Below are positions 49,290 through 61,900 of a stretch of 64,000 nt of DNA, one piece after another. This stretch comes from Gnetum montanum (taxonomy: Eukaryota > Plantae > Gnetophyta). The notes beneath the pieces were generated by a model. It was not told where the DNA came from. It made no database searches and worked only from the letters and a program-made list of their open reading frames with translations. Location of the stretch: contig MNCI01000550.1 in the NCBI GenBank assembly GCA_015680685.1, positions 171,737 to 235,736 of the forward strand, read 5' to 3'. Position 1 is the stretch's first letter. Each line of letters starts with the position of its first letter. A program made the position numbers and the translations under genes.

Positions 49290-52200
49290 TGTGACATCTC
49301 GTTCCTAGATGTCATAAAAATACGAACGCCTAATTTATTATATTCATCATGGATAATATATCGGAAAGATTATAAACACTTAAATAATGAATTAATTAGT
49401 AAATAAATAATTGATACTAAAGAATTAAGCAAGGAAAGAAAAATGGAAAAAATTGTATTAATGGAAGAGAGTACTGTAATGCCCTTTTGGGTTGTCTTCC
49501 TATGCCACTTAAGCCTTAGAGGAAATCCAACACTGCCACTATGGTTAGGCCTATAACTCAGCTAGAAGGGTGGGCCAGTCCCTTTCTTGTCCCACTTCAC
49601 CTAGTTCCTGTTACTCGCCTCTCTAGGCTCCGCAACTCCATGCCAGCACGACCTCTAACCTTGACCTTAAATAGCATAGGTCAAACCCTTTTCCAAGGGA
49701 TACATGAATAGTCATAACTCCTCATAACGAGGCACCCCTTCATTAGAAGGTTAATTACATTGTTTACAATTGTTTCTACCATTAACAAGGGACGAGACGT
49801 TACAATCTACCCCCCTTAAGCATCTAGCTCGTCCTCGAGCGCTTCCTTGATATCTAGTTACTTAACAACTACTTCATCGTTATGCTCCCCAGCTTCAGTT
49901 CTCTTATTTTCCTCATTATTATTTATACAAATAAATGATCAAAATTTATAAGCATAATTTATTACATCCATAATAAATTCAACCTATCATTCAATATTTG
50001 GATGATCAAAGAGTTGAGGGTAATTATTTAAAATAAACTCCCTGTTTTCCCAAGTCTATTGATCACAATTTGACCATTGAACAAGTACTTTAGTGATAGT
50101 TTTATTTCATAATTTCTTGGTTCGTTGGTCTTTAATAGGAATTGGCTTTACTTTAAAGCTAGTGTTGGATTGTAATGGTAGAGTATTCCAATCCAATACA
50201 TATGGTACATCATTTTCAGGAAATTTTTTTAACAAGCTCACATGAAAAACTGGATGAATTTTAAGGTTTTGGGAAGATTTAGTCGATATGCTACTTTGCC
50301 AATTCTTTCAGAGATTTCAAAAGGTCTACAAAATCTAGGTGCTAATTTAGTATATTTTACCAATTTAAGAGAACTTCTAGTAGGTTTTACTCTCAATAAT
50401 ACTTGATCCCCTACTTGGAATTCTTTTTTAAGTCCATGTTGATCTACATATCCTTTATATTTATCTTGGGCAACTTGCAAATTTTTTTTAACCCTTTTGA
50501 CAATTTTTTTCATTATTTTCATTTCTTCTTCCTTCCATTTTGCTCTTAAGGTTGGATCTTCCTAGGTTAATGGTGTATGACAATTACGTCCATATACTAC
50601 TTTGAATGGTGTTCGATGTATAGAACCTTGATAATTGTTATTGTAGGAAAATTTTGCTAGATGCAAATAATTCTCCCATGTTTTTGGTCTACTCCAAACA
50701 TAACTTCATAGGATATCTTCTAATATTCTATTCACTCATTTAGTTTGTCCATTAGTTTCAAGACGATAAGCTGTGCTAAATTTCAATTGAGTTCCAAGCT
50801 CTCTGAAGAANNNNNNNNNNNNNNNNNNNNNNNNNNNNNNNNNNNNNNNNNNNNNNNNNNNNNNNNNNNNNNNNNNNNNNNNNNNNNNNNNNNNNNNNNN
50901 NNNNNNNNNNNNNNNNNNNNNNNNNNNNNNNNNNNNNNNNNNNNNNNNNNNNNNNNNNNNNNNNNNNNNNNNNNNNNNNNNNNNNNNNNNNNNNNNNNNN
51001 NNNNNNNNNNNNNNNNNNNNNNNNNNNNNNNNNNNNNNNNNNNNNNNNNNNNNNNNNNNNNNNNNNNNNNNNNNNNNNNNNNNNNNNNNNNNNNNNNNNN
51101 NNNNNNNNNAATTTTGGTTAAAATCTTTTTAAAGTAAGGGTCTTCTTTCATTTGTTTCTTAATTTCTTCTTCTATAGGGGTCATTACTACATCTATCATT
51201 AAATTCCACATTCCACTAAGGGCATCAGCTACCACATTTTTTTTGCCAAGAACATATTTGATTTCAAAATTATATTCTATTAACAATTCTATCCATCGCC
51301 TTTGAAAAGTATTCAAAATAGGTTGTCTTTGCAAATATCCTAAACTTTTATGATCCATTTTTAGTACAAACTTCTTTCCGCAAAGATAATGTCTCCAAAC
51401 TTTCAGAGCATAAACAATTGCTAGTAATTCTAAATCATGAGTTGAGTAATTTACCTCGGCTCCTCATAATTTATGAGATTCATAACATACCACTTCATCT
51501 TCCTGTGAAAGAACTTCATTGATTCCTATTCCAAAGGCATCCATGAATACTTCAAATGGTAGATCTTCATCCAAAATTCTCAAATTAAGTGTTGTTGTAA
51601 GTAGCATCTTTAATCTGAGAAAAGATTCCCTACATTTTTCATCAAAATTAAACTCACATTTCTCTTGCAAAAGGTTAGTTAATGGGGCTACCAAGGTAGA
51701 ATAATCTTTAATGAAACTTTGATAAAAACCTGCTAACCCTAAGAAGCTTCGAATTGCTGTAACATCTTTTAATTTAGGCTAATCTCAGATCGCACTAATT
51801 TTTGTTGGATTCACTTGCAATCCTTTCTTGGAAACTATATCTCCTAAGTATGAGACTTCTTCCTTAAAGAGTTCACATTTACTCAATTTAGCTTTTAATT
51901 GATGTTCTTTAAGAATTTCCATTGTAGTTTTTAAATGTTCAATATGTGCTTCTCTTGATTTAGAATAAACAAGTATATTATCCATAAATACTATGATAAA
52001 TTGATCAAGATATTCAGGAAAAATATTATTCATTAATGCCATAAATGTTGCAGGTGCATTAGTTAATTCAAACGACATCACAACAAATTCATATAATCCA
52101 TATCTGGTTGTAAAAGTAGTTTTCTCAATATCTTTCTCCTTAATCCTTATTTGGTGATATCCTGATTTTAAATCAATCTTTGAGAAATAACATGCACCTG

Positions 52201-52678
52201 TAAGTTGATCAAATAAATCATCAATTCTAGGTAAAGGATAAGTATTTTTAATTGTCACTTTATTTAATGCTCTGTAATCAATGCATAATCTTAGAGTACC
52301 ATCTTTCTTTTTGATGAATAAAACTGGTGCACCCCAAGGTGATACACTAGGTCTAATTTTCCCTTCTTCCAATAACTAGTCTAATTGTACTTTTAATTCT
52401 GTTAATTCTAAAGTAGAAAATGTATAAGGAGCTTTTGAAATAGGTTGTGTATTGGGAAAAATATCAATGGCATGTTCAACAGTTCTTTTTGGAGGTAATT
52501 CTATAGTTTCATCAAATACTGAATCTTTATATTCTTTAAGTTCATTCAAGATCTCAACACTTGAAAGTTTCTGAGGTTGGATAACTTTAAACACCAACAT
52601 TGTAGCACCTTTTTTTAACTAATCTTTTAGCTTGCTTAATAGTTATTGTATGAATTTTCTTTATTTTTCCTACCCCCG

Positions 52679-53444
52679 TGATGAGTGGTGAGGTACCCCT
52701 ACACTCAACCATACGAATACAAGTGTTTCACGTGCGATCTGGTCAAACTCCAAGGACTAAGTGCTTACACGCCTTAATGGAACACTCAAGGTTAATCAAT
52801 CGCTGTCTTCCCAAACTTACTTGTATTGTAACAGTCGTATGGTTAAGTAAGCTTGAGGTATATGATTTTTATAACTTTTATCTTTTTAATGTCTTATGCT
52901 AATAGGGAAAGGTAAGGAGAACTAAGTGACTAACTTTCATTAACTATTCACTAACTAAGTTCTAATTGTTCCTAACACCGATATTCGTTCCCACTTGCCA
53001 CATACATCCTGAACCAGTGCAACGTTGTTGGGATTACGAAACACTAATCATTATTGGGTTACCAAGCGCTACACACATGCTTGAAGCGTTTGTACTAAGT
53101 GTACTTAACTAGGAGAGTCAAGGGTTGAGAGAGAGATTAATTAACTAGGAAAGCATTTAAACATTCAACAATAATTAATTACTATTTAGCTTAATTTGTA
53201 TGCTGCAAGGTTTATTATAAAGTTCGTCTTTATTACCGTACACAAATGTGTGCTTAGGTACAATTTGCTCGAATAAAGATCCGTTCACTCTATGACTCCT
53301 ACTGCTGGCACACAGGAATTATTCTAACTCTGGAATGATAAAATTGCTAGAGTTTGGCTAAGGGTCTAAGTCTTACTCCCCGAACAAGGGAAGCAGCCTC
53401 TTATTTATAAATAATGAGGCAAGACATGATATCGCGGCTCATCA
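52679..53444 (-). repeat. Solo LTR, Athila-like type A, inserted between protease and RT of the chromovirus
   Basis: TGATGAGT...CTCATCA; TSD CCCCG/CCCCC (one mismatch); homologous to 1753-2658. Confidence 0.88.
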
Positions 53445-56174
53445 CCCCCTTAGAACCCTGACTTTGTCAGTGGTTGGAACTTTTAAAATATGAGTTCCAA
53501 AGTGGGCAGTAGCATCAAATTTTTGTAGGAAAGACATTCCTAAAATTACATCAACATCACCTAGTTTAAATTCATTTTTTTTTTTGCAAAGTAAAGTTTA
53601 TTTTTTCATATTTGGTATGTTTGCTCATAGTTGTTCTATTTTCTAGTTCTATCTTAATAATTTTCTTGGAAGGGAGACTTAATTTCAATAAATTAATTAA
53701 CTTTGGAGAAATAAAGTTATCACTGGCACCACTATCAATCAAAAATTTAATTTGTTTACCTTTAATTGAACCTTTAAAAATCAATAAAGAAAATTAAAAT
53801 TTTCGCAAACCTGATTTATTTGATGCAGATATCTTCTTGATGGCTGTTGTAGCAGCTTAAATTTTTCTTTTGTTCATGTTTAGGTTTGGTTTCTGATTTC
53901 TGATTTGGTTGGTCCTTTGTATTTTTGCTTAAAATTTTGGGCAATCTCATTTAAGATGGTCCTCACTATAAAAGAAACATCGAAATCCTGGTCGAGCTTT
54001 TTTTGTGAGTGTCTCTTCTACCATTGCTTGTGGAAAAGGGCTTGGTCGAAAAGTTGCTTGTTGAAAGGTCACTTTTATCTAATTTGATTCCTCATAATCC
54101 TTAGCAATTCTATACGCTTCATCAATAGTTTGGGGATTATGGGCTCGTGTTTGTGGACATAATTGAGCATGTAATTTTCCAATGAATTTTGAAGCTAAAT
54201 CTCCCTCATTTCAGTGACTTACATATCGAGAAAAATCACAAAATTCTTTGTAGTAATCATCTAGAAATCGTTTTCCCAATCTTAAGGAATCAAATCTCAT
54301 TCTACACTCTTTGAGAAAAGAATTAGGAACAAATTTTTGTTCAAAATCTCGACAAAAATTAAACTAATTTGTAATCAAACCTTGAGATCTCAACCCATTC
54401 CACCATGTTGCTGCAAATCCTCTTAAATACAAGGAGATGACTTCTAAACATTCATGGCTTGAAAAATTCAACATATAAAAATAATTTTTCATTGTATCAA
54501 GCCAATCCTTTGCCTTAGCACTAGATCTAGGGGCTCCATCATAATGATCTAATTTTACTTTCTTAGCATGCACTTGTGTCAATGATTTTTTAGATGGATT
54601 AAGCCAGTTCCCATATCTTTCACTCTCGATTTCAGTTCTACAGTTTACAAGGTGGATTTCAGTATCCTGTCCATCAAGTGGAGGTTTTGTTTGTTGTGGA
54701 TTCCTAATGAAAGGTTGATCTTGATGTTGTGCTCTAGGTAGACCATGGGTAGGATTGGAAGGTTGAATAAGATGGTTGGTTAATTGCTTGATGGAGTCGG
54801 CAAAGGAATCCATCTTTCCTTGTACTTCGGACCATTTATCCTTTGAATTTTGGAACAATTTCTTAATTTCTTCAGATATATTTTGCATCTTTGTCCTGAA
54901 TCCTTGGTTTGAGTGTCGAAGTTCTTCTTGAACACCCCTGATCTCATTAATTTGTTCTTCAAGGGCATTCATTCGGTCATTGACTCAAGCTTCCATTTCT
55001 CTCCAATTTATTCTTCAAGTTCTAAACATCAGTAAGTTGAAGAAATTAGGCATGTTTGAGAATCCTTAGCCTGTATGGCCCCTTTATGAAATTCAAAATC
55101 ATTAGTCAGTTGTAGAAGAAGTTGAAACTCTTATGGATTTCTCATCGAATCCTAATTATTTTGGGACCTAAATTAAAGAATTAAAAGTTAATTTTCTGTA
55201 ATCTAAAAGTTAAATTTGACCATTCCGTTGAGTCCAGAAGGTTCAAATCTATTGGAATTGGTTTTTTCTGGTTGAAAACGGACTTCGGATTCAAAAGTTA
55301 TAGCCATTTTAAGTTTTTTCATTTTCAGGTTTTTCAAGAAGTCACCCATCCCAGTTCTACTCCAAGATGTGCACGCTTAATAATAAAATTTTTATTTAAG
55401 TTACTACGGTAACATCAATTTGTATTATGTAAATAATTCAGCACATATTTATTCTTAAACTAATACTAATGACCCAAAAAAAAATTTGGAAAATTTCTGT
55501 CAATTGTTGGAAAAATTTAATTTTTTTGTCAATTGATAGATGATTGATTTAGGCTCCTTGCGGTGCTTATTTATGAGAATACTTTAGTAATTCCAAACCT
55601 TTGACCCAAAAAGAGGAGCACAAGGAGGTGATGGGCGGCATGAAAGAGGTAGTGATGGATGGCAAGGGAGGTGATGATAGGCAACGTAGGAGGTAGTGAT
55701 GGGCGACACGGAAGGCGATGATGGGCGGTGTAGGCATGTGGCGGTGGAAGCAAAAAAAAAAGGTCGTAGAAAAGAAAAAAAAATTAGCAAAAACACAATT
55801 TTTGTTACTTTGGCCATTAGGGTCAGATTTTTGAAACTGCGGCCCTCCCTTTTCCACTGCTAGCCACAGCTGGCTGGCCATAGGCCAAATNTTAACTGCA
55901 CATAAACTGAAAATGGTCATATCTTTCAAACTGTAAGTCAGATTTTGATGAAATTCTTGTCATTGGAATCATCTCGAAGAGTACTTTGCGTTAAACTATA
56001 AACAATTTCACTTGAGTGAACCTAAAAATCATAAAATCAAAAAAAGCTAATGTTAACTTTGTAAAGAAAAAGTAAACGTTAGCTTTTTCTTGTAGAAGAA
56101 AAGTATATGTTAACTTTTATTAAATCTTTTGTTATCTTAAGTTATACTTTCTATTTTCTTTTACTAAGATTTCT

Positions 56175-58502
56175 ATGATTACATTGTAAATATAAGAAGC
56201 AAGTTGATTTACTCATCACAACCAGCAAAAGATTGTTTACTAAGAAGGTTGAAAATTTACTATTATAAAAAATTCATGATTTTCAAATGTCAAACTTCAC
56301 CTCAGGCTTCTTTAGGTAGCCACTCTTTATTTCCTAATAATATTTTTCTACACCAAAATAATGTTCTTACTGCTTCTGATCGAGTTTGTACCTTGCTTGG
56401 GAAATATGGTTTTCAGTTTCTCACTACTTCTAAATTGGCTGATTTACTAGTTTTCCCAATTTTTAAACTTTCTTTTTTGCAAAAGTGTTCTTGTAGAGTG
56501 GTTTGAGCAATATGATAATAAAAAAAGCACCATTTTTCAATTAGTTTTTGGTGTAGTAACAATCCTTTCTCTTAATATCAAAGTAGTCTTAGGTTTTCAG
56601 CTAGGAGAGGATTCGTTGATTCCTACAACTCGTTATCCACAATTTAAATTTTTCTGTAAGATGAAATTATCCAATTATGTTGTTGATTCTGTCATTCACA
56701 AAAATCAATTTATTCATAAATATTTCATTAATGATGTTTATTTTGACTTATGTTTATTTATCAGTAGCAAGGTTCTATGACAATAATCTAATGTTAGTTC
56801 TTATTCTATTTTCATATTTCATGGTGCCATAATTGGTAGGGTTTATGATTGGTTGATGTTATGTTTCTTTAGTTTTTATACTACTATGACCAAAATTTCT
56901 GTTGCCCACCAACATCTTTTAAAATCCTATACTCTATGTTGTATATCCTTGATCATGTGTATGATCTTAAGTTATAATCATCCCAAAAAATGTTTTACTC
57001 ATTACGATCCTCAATTGTGCCCTAAATTTCTTGAAGATGAGAAGGTTATAAGGAGCAAGATGATGGGTGCCCAAAAAGGTCAACTGACTTTACAATAAGC
57101 TTGGAGTCAAGAAGAAATCAGTGAAGTACTTTCATGTTTTTTTATTATTTTCTTATTTCTTAATTATGTTTTTATTTTATGTATTTGACAATGCAATCTA
57201 GGCTACAGAATGAACCAATGCAGAGTGCTGAATCTGCATAGGTTGAAGAAATTCAAGATATTTCAACCTTTGGTATAGTTCAATCGCAAGAACAAGTCAC
57301 AGTTCGTGCTTCCAAGGTATATATTTAAATATAATTTACTAAATTAAATGCCTTGTCTATATTTTTATATTTTCTTTTATTATTAATTTTTTTCCAATAA
57401 ATTTCTTTTGCAGAGATAACATCGTAGGTAAGGTTCTAGTAATCCAGTAGTTATAAGACAATTAACCCAACAACAGGCTCAACAACAATCCCAACCAACT
57501 TTTCAACAAGGTTCAAGACGTGATAAGGGAAAGCAACCAGAGATAGGTTTTAATTGTTTGAATAATTTTTTCTTTTTCTTGTATAATGTTAATAATAATT
57601 TAATTTTTTTAATAAATTTTTTTATGTTGCAGAGGTCTATGAAGCGAAAGTATTTTATCTGAGAGATGAATAAAGGTGATGCAGGTGGTATTTCTGCATA
57701 GACTTCTATTCCACCACCACCTAGATCACCACTCATACCTTCTTTTTCTTTGACACCTGGAAGAGGTCCCTTCCACAAGCAGCACCAACAACAATTTCTT
57801 AATCTATTTTAGTGGTTTCTTCTTTCTCTATCTCTAGTTCTTCTTATTCTATGGGAAAGATAGTGGCAGCTGCTGAGGAAGAACTTGTGCTTCTTTGACA
57901 TATTAATCAACAAATTTTAGACAATAAACCCTATTCTATTTGTGACGATGTTTATCATCTACGGGAGTCACAATCATGCAAATTCAAGGTAGATTATGAT
58001 TTAGTATAGGCTAGACTTCCATCATCTTCCCATCTAATTCTTGAGGAGGCTTTAGATGCTGTACAAAATCTAGAGCAACTCTTAGGAGAGTTGAAAATTG
58101 CAACATGTTATGCTCTCCATCTAGATACTCGTGCACGTTTTCTTTAAATTGATAATGATTGATTTCAGGTAATATATATATATTTTTCTCTTTTCTCCTT
58201 TTTGTTTGTTGATTTATTTATAACTCATAATTTAAATTTTGTTTCTATAGAGAAAGGAAAAGGAATAGCAAAGAGACATGGATGATTAATCAGTACAAGT
58301 GGAAATGTTAAAGATTCAACTTCAAAGAAAAGAGGAATCAGTAGCTACAACAAGACGTGCAACCGAATATATCAAACAACTATGTGATGAATTGGTTGGA
58401 TGTAAAGTAGTGCTTAGCAAAGCAGATGCTACTACTGAAGAGAGAGAATCCCAATTGAAGATAGTTACAGATCTTCTTGAATCATTTGGTTGTAACAAAT
58501 AA
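56175..58502 (+). pseudogene. Spliced antisense accessory gene in the chromovirus leader (Transposase_32-like domain, linker, coiled coil); exons ~56175-57125, 57202-57316, 57414-57546, 57633-58168, 58251-58502
   Basis: Four 76-97 bp U-rich GT...AG segments separate codon-like exons; LVEWFEQYD..FGVVTILSLNIKVVLGFQLGE and IIGRVYDW motifs; last exon coiled coil ...EYIKQLCDELVGCKVVLSKADATTEERESQLKIVTDLLESFGCNK*. Contains stops. Start and first donor are approximate. Confidence 0.7.
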
Positions 58503-58994
58503 TTATAGTTACCCCTTTTCTTTATTTTTCCATTCTACCCCCTTTTTTCTTTAACGATGTACTTCCTATTCATTCTTTTTGATAATAAAATAAAATAATA
58601 TTTTCTTGCATGTTATTTTTCTTAAATATACTTGTGTTCTATGATAATAATAAAATAAGGTTTTTCTTTCATTTTGGTTCCTGAATCGTGGTTTGCTTCG
58701 ATACCAAATGTGACATCTTGTTCCCGGATGTCATAAAAATACGAATGCCTAATTTATTATATTTATCATGGATAACGTATTGAAAAGATTATAAACACTT
58801 AAATAATGAATTAATTAGCAAATAAATAATTGATATTAAATAATTAAGCAAGGAAAGAAAAATGGAAAAAATTGTATTAATGGAAGAAAGTACTATAACA
58901 CCCTTTTGGGTTGTCTTCCTATGCCACTTAAGCCTTAGAGGCAATCCAGCACTGCCACCACGATAAGGCCTATAACTCGGCCAGAAGGGTGGGC

Positions 58995-61900
58995 ATGATA
59001 GTAGCACAATGTTCATGGAACCATTTGTAGCAGTTACAACACCACTGTGCCCTATTAGCACAAAGCATGTTTATTAGCAAAAACTTGAAAATCGCACTCA
59101 AACAAAACAAAGTAAAATATAGAAGAAAGTGTAAAATATTCAAGAAAGATTCAAATGTACTAATGATGGTGTAAAACAAAAAATGGTGTAAAAATAGAAA
59201 ATTTTTTTACACTATATAACTTGCAAAAGTAAAAATTTGGAAAACAAAAAATAAAAAAACTAAGAAGTCATATGGATGATTAGCAAAGATGGCCATCGCC
59301 CCCATGATTAAGTTGGAAGGAGGAGATCCGAAAAATTGAGCATGGTTGTCCATCTGTTAAGGTATTTATTGCACTAGCTTACTTAGGCTTAGGGAAAGTC
59401 TTAATTTGTTGGATGTCGACCAACTAATTTTTATTTGGTCTCTTAGGTTTGTATATGATCATGGACCTAGAAGGAAAGGTTTTGTCAATTATATAAGGCC
59501 CTTCCCACAATGTTTGGAATTTAGTTGTTTGAGATTCGTGCATGGGATTCTAGTAAAGGACCTTATATCCCAGTTGCAATTTCACTTTTTGTATTCTAAG
59601 GTCATGTCATTGTTGAATGCCTTGTGCATTTCATTCAAAGATAGGATTTTTAATTGATTTTCATCTAACATGTTGAGGTTGAACAGTCTTTCTTTTTATG
59701 CTAGACTTAGGTCAAGATTTAGTTTATAGGCTGTTGAGAGTGCACGAAGCTTAGATTGAATCAGGAGCATTGGAAGTTTCCCATACACTAGCTCATAGGG
59801 AAAGTAGCAAATAAGGAGTTTCCATATGAAGTGGTAGGCCCAAAGGGCATCGTTGAGTTTTGTGCTCCAGTCTCTTCTATATTTGCTAATAGTTCTGGTT
59901 AGAATCTTTGTGATCTCCCTATTAGTTACCTTTGCTTGATTGTTGGCTTGGGGGTGATAGGCTATTGTTAATTTATGGTCAACCCTCAAGTGTTATGTAA
60001 GTTGTCAAAAAGTGGCACCTATAATATGAGTTCCATTGTCAAGGATCTCTAACTCTTTCCAATTGGTATAAACATTTTCATCATCATAGATTTGGTGATG
60101 AACTTGCTCTAATTCATCCATGCTTGCGACATAGGTCCATGTTAGGCTCTCAGTAGGTTCCATGCACATTGTGCTACTATCGGAATTAGTGGTTAGCCAC
60201 TGGCTACTATGTATAGACACCTTTGAATATCTACTTCTTGTGCACACTACTTGCATGTAGAAAGAGATGCTTATTTTACTGCCTAGAGTTTGTACACATA
60301 ATTGCACCTTGTATCACTGTACGCGATGCATGGAACTTGTCTCTTCTTGATCTTTCCAAATGCATTTTGCTTTGAGATTTTGAAGAAAAGATCCTTGATG
60401 CTCATTCATGCATCTACAGTACTTAACCATGCCATTCCCATAATGATTGGGAAGTCTCCCTTGCAGTTCTTGACCTTGATTACTATGAAGTCAACAACAT
60501 AAGATCACCCATAAACAATGGTCACAATATATTTGACTAGTCCCAATGGAACAGTAATGAACTGGTTTATCAATTCCAATTTGATATTACTCTTCTTGAG
60601 AGGTAGCAGGTTTGAGGCAATATACATCTTATGACAAATCAAATTCACACTAGAACTTGAATCAAGAAGAGCCTTACATGGTTCATTTCCAGCAATCTGT
60701 AGATAAATAATAAGATGACTCCTAGGATCAACTAATTTCCTAGGAAGGTTTCCAAACCAGATCTAATTAGATACAACATGAGTAAGCATGATAGAATGGA
60801 TTTTGGGTGAGATTTGGTTTGAAGGAGACCCAATGAAATTCTTTATAGAGGATGAAGTAGGAGTAAGGTGACCAGCCACTATGGTCGATGAGGGCTTAGT
60901 AAGATTGGTGGTTGAAAGAAAGGTCTTTGATGAGCATGAGGTTCCAAACCCCTTGATTAATATACTAGTTGTAGATTGATGACCCTAGTAGTGTTATGTT
61001 ATTGCGGCTAGGATGGAAGTTCATTCTACATAGATGGAGTAGGTGATAGTTGGGTTGAGGATGAAGGGATAGGTGTAAGAACAGGAGGAGGATAAGGATG
61101 AAATATGGCATTCCTCCTAGAATGTGAAGAATAAGCTTTGCTGTACTCAGGAGTGTAGTAGTAATGTTAGAAGGGAGAAGTGTGACTAAAAGAGTCATGC
61201 AAAGATAGTGGTTACTAAATGTAGTTCCCATATAGATTTGGTTGCTTGTAAGGGTATTTTTGCCTTGGTGGTGGCATCCCCCATGACTGTGGTTGGTGCC
61301 ATTGTTGGTATTGCTCGTATGGTTGCAGTGGTGCTCCACTTGGATAATATTGTTGTTATTGGTGGAACTACTTGGGGTTGCCTTGAGGATAAGGCAACCT
61401 ACTGGGTGCTTGCCATCTTGCTAGTTGTGGATCTAAAGCATACACCCCCATACTCTTGTAACTGTGACATGATAGGATAACATCCCTTAGGATGTTTATA
61501 TTGGTAGATGTTACATCCACCATCATGATCTAAATTTGTCTCCACAACTTCTTCTATTGTAGTAGCTTTGCCCTTACCTCTTTGGTAGGCATGCTCAGCT
61601 TCTTTTCATCTCTTGCAGTTATGATCACTATTCTACTCTCTTGATTCTTTGGGAATTTTTAGAGCAATTTTGAATTTTCCATTCAATGAGCCCTACATTT
61701 CATCCACCTTGGCCAAAATTTTAGACATAGATTTTTGGATTGGCAAGGTATTTCTGTTGACCACCTCATCAAGAGGTGATTCTTCCTCACTGTTGCAAAA
61801 TCAAACTTCCCTCTTTCCAATGGAGGGATCCTTACTGTATTCTTCTACACTTTCTCATTTTCTCAACTCTTATTTTTCTTTCTCTACCTACTCAATTAAC

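Larger units (their letters stand above)
49290..58994 (-). mobile_element. Ty3/Gypsy chromovirus (Tekay-like RT) with a 3.7-kb leader; 3' LTR 49290-49804, 5' LTR 58709-58994 (truncated)
   Basis: LTR copies align (TGTGACATCT...); PBS TGGTATCGAAGC 58695-58706; PPT AAGGGGGGTAGAT 49805-49817. Gag from 54972, protease [37 protein letters not shown], RNaseH, integrase, chromodomain-like KVLVQW..TWE (~50050-50100). Degenerate. Confidence 0.9.
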
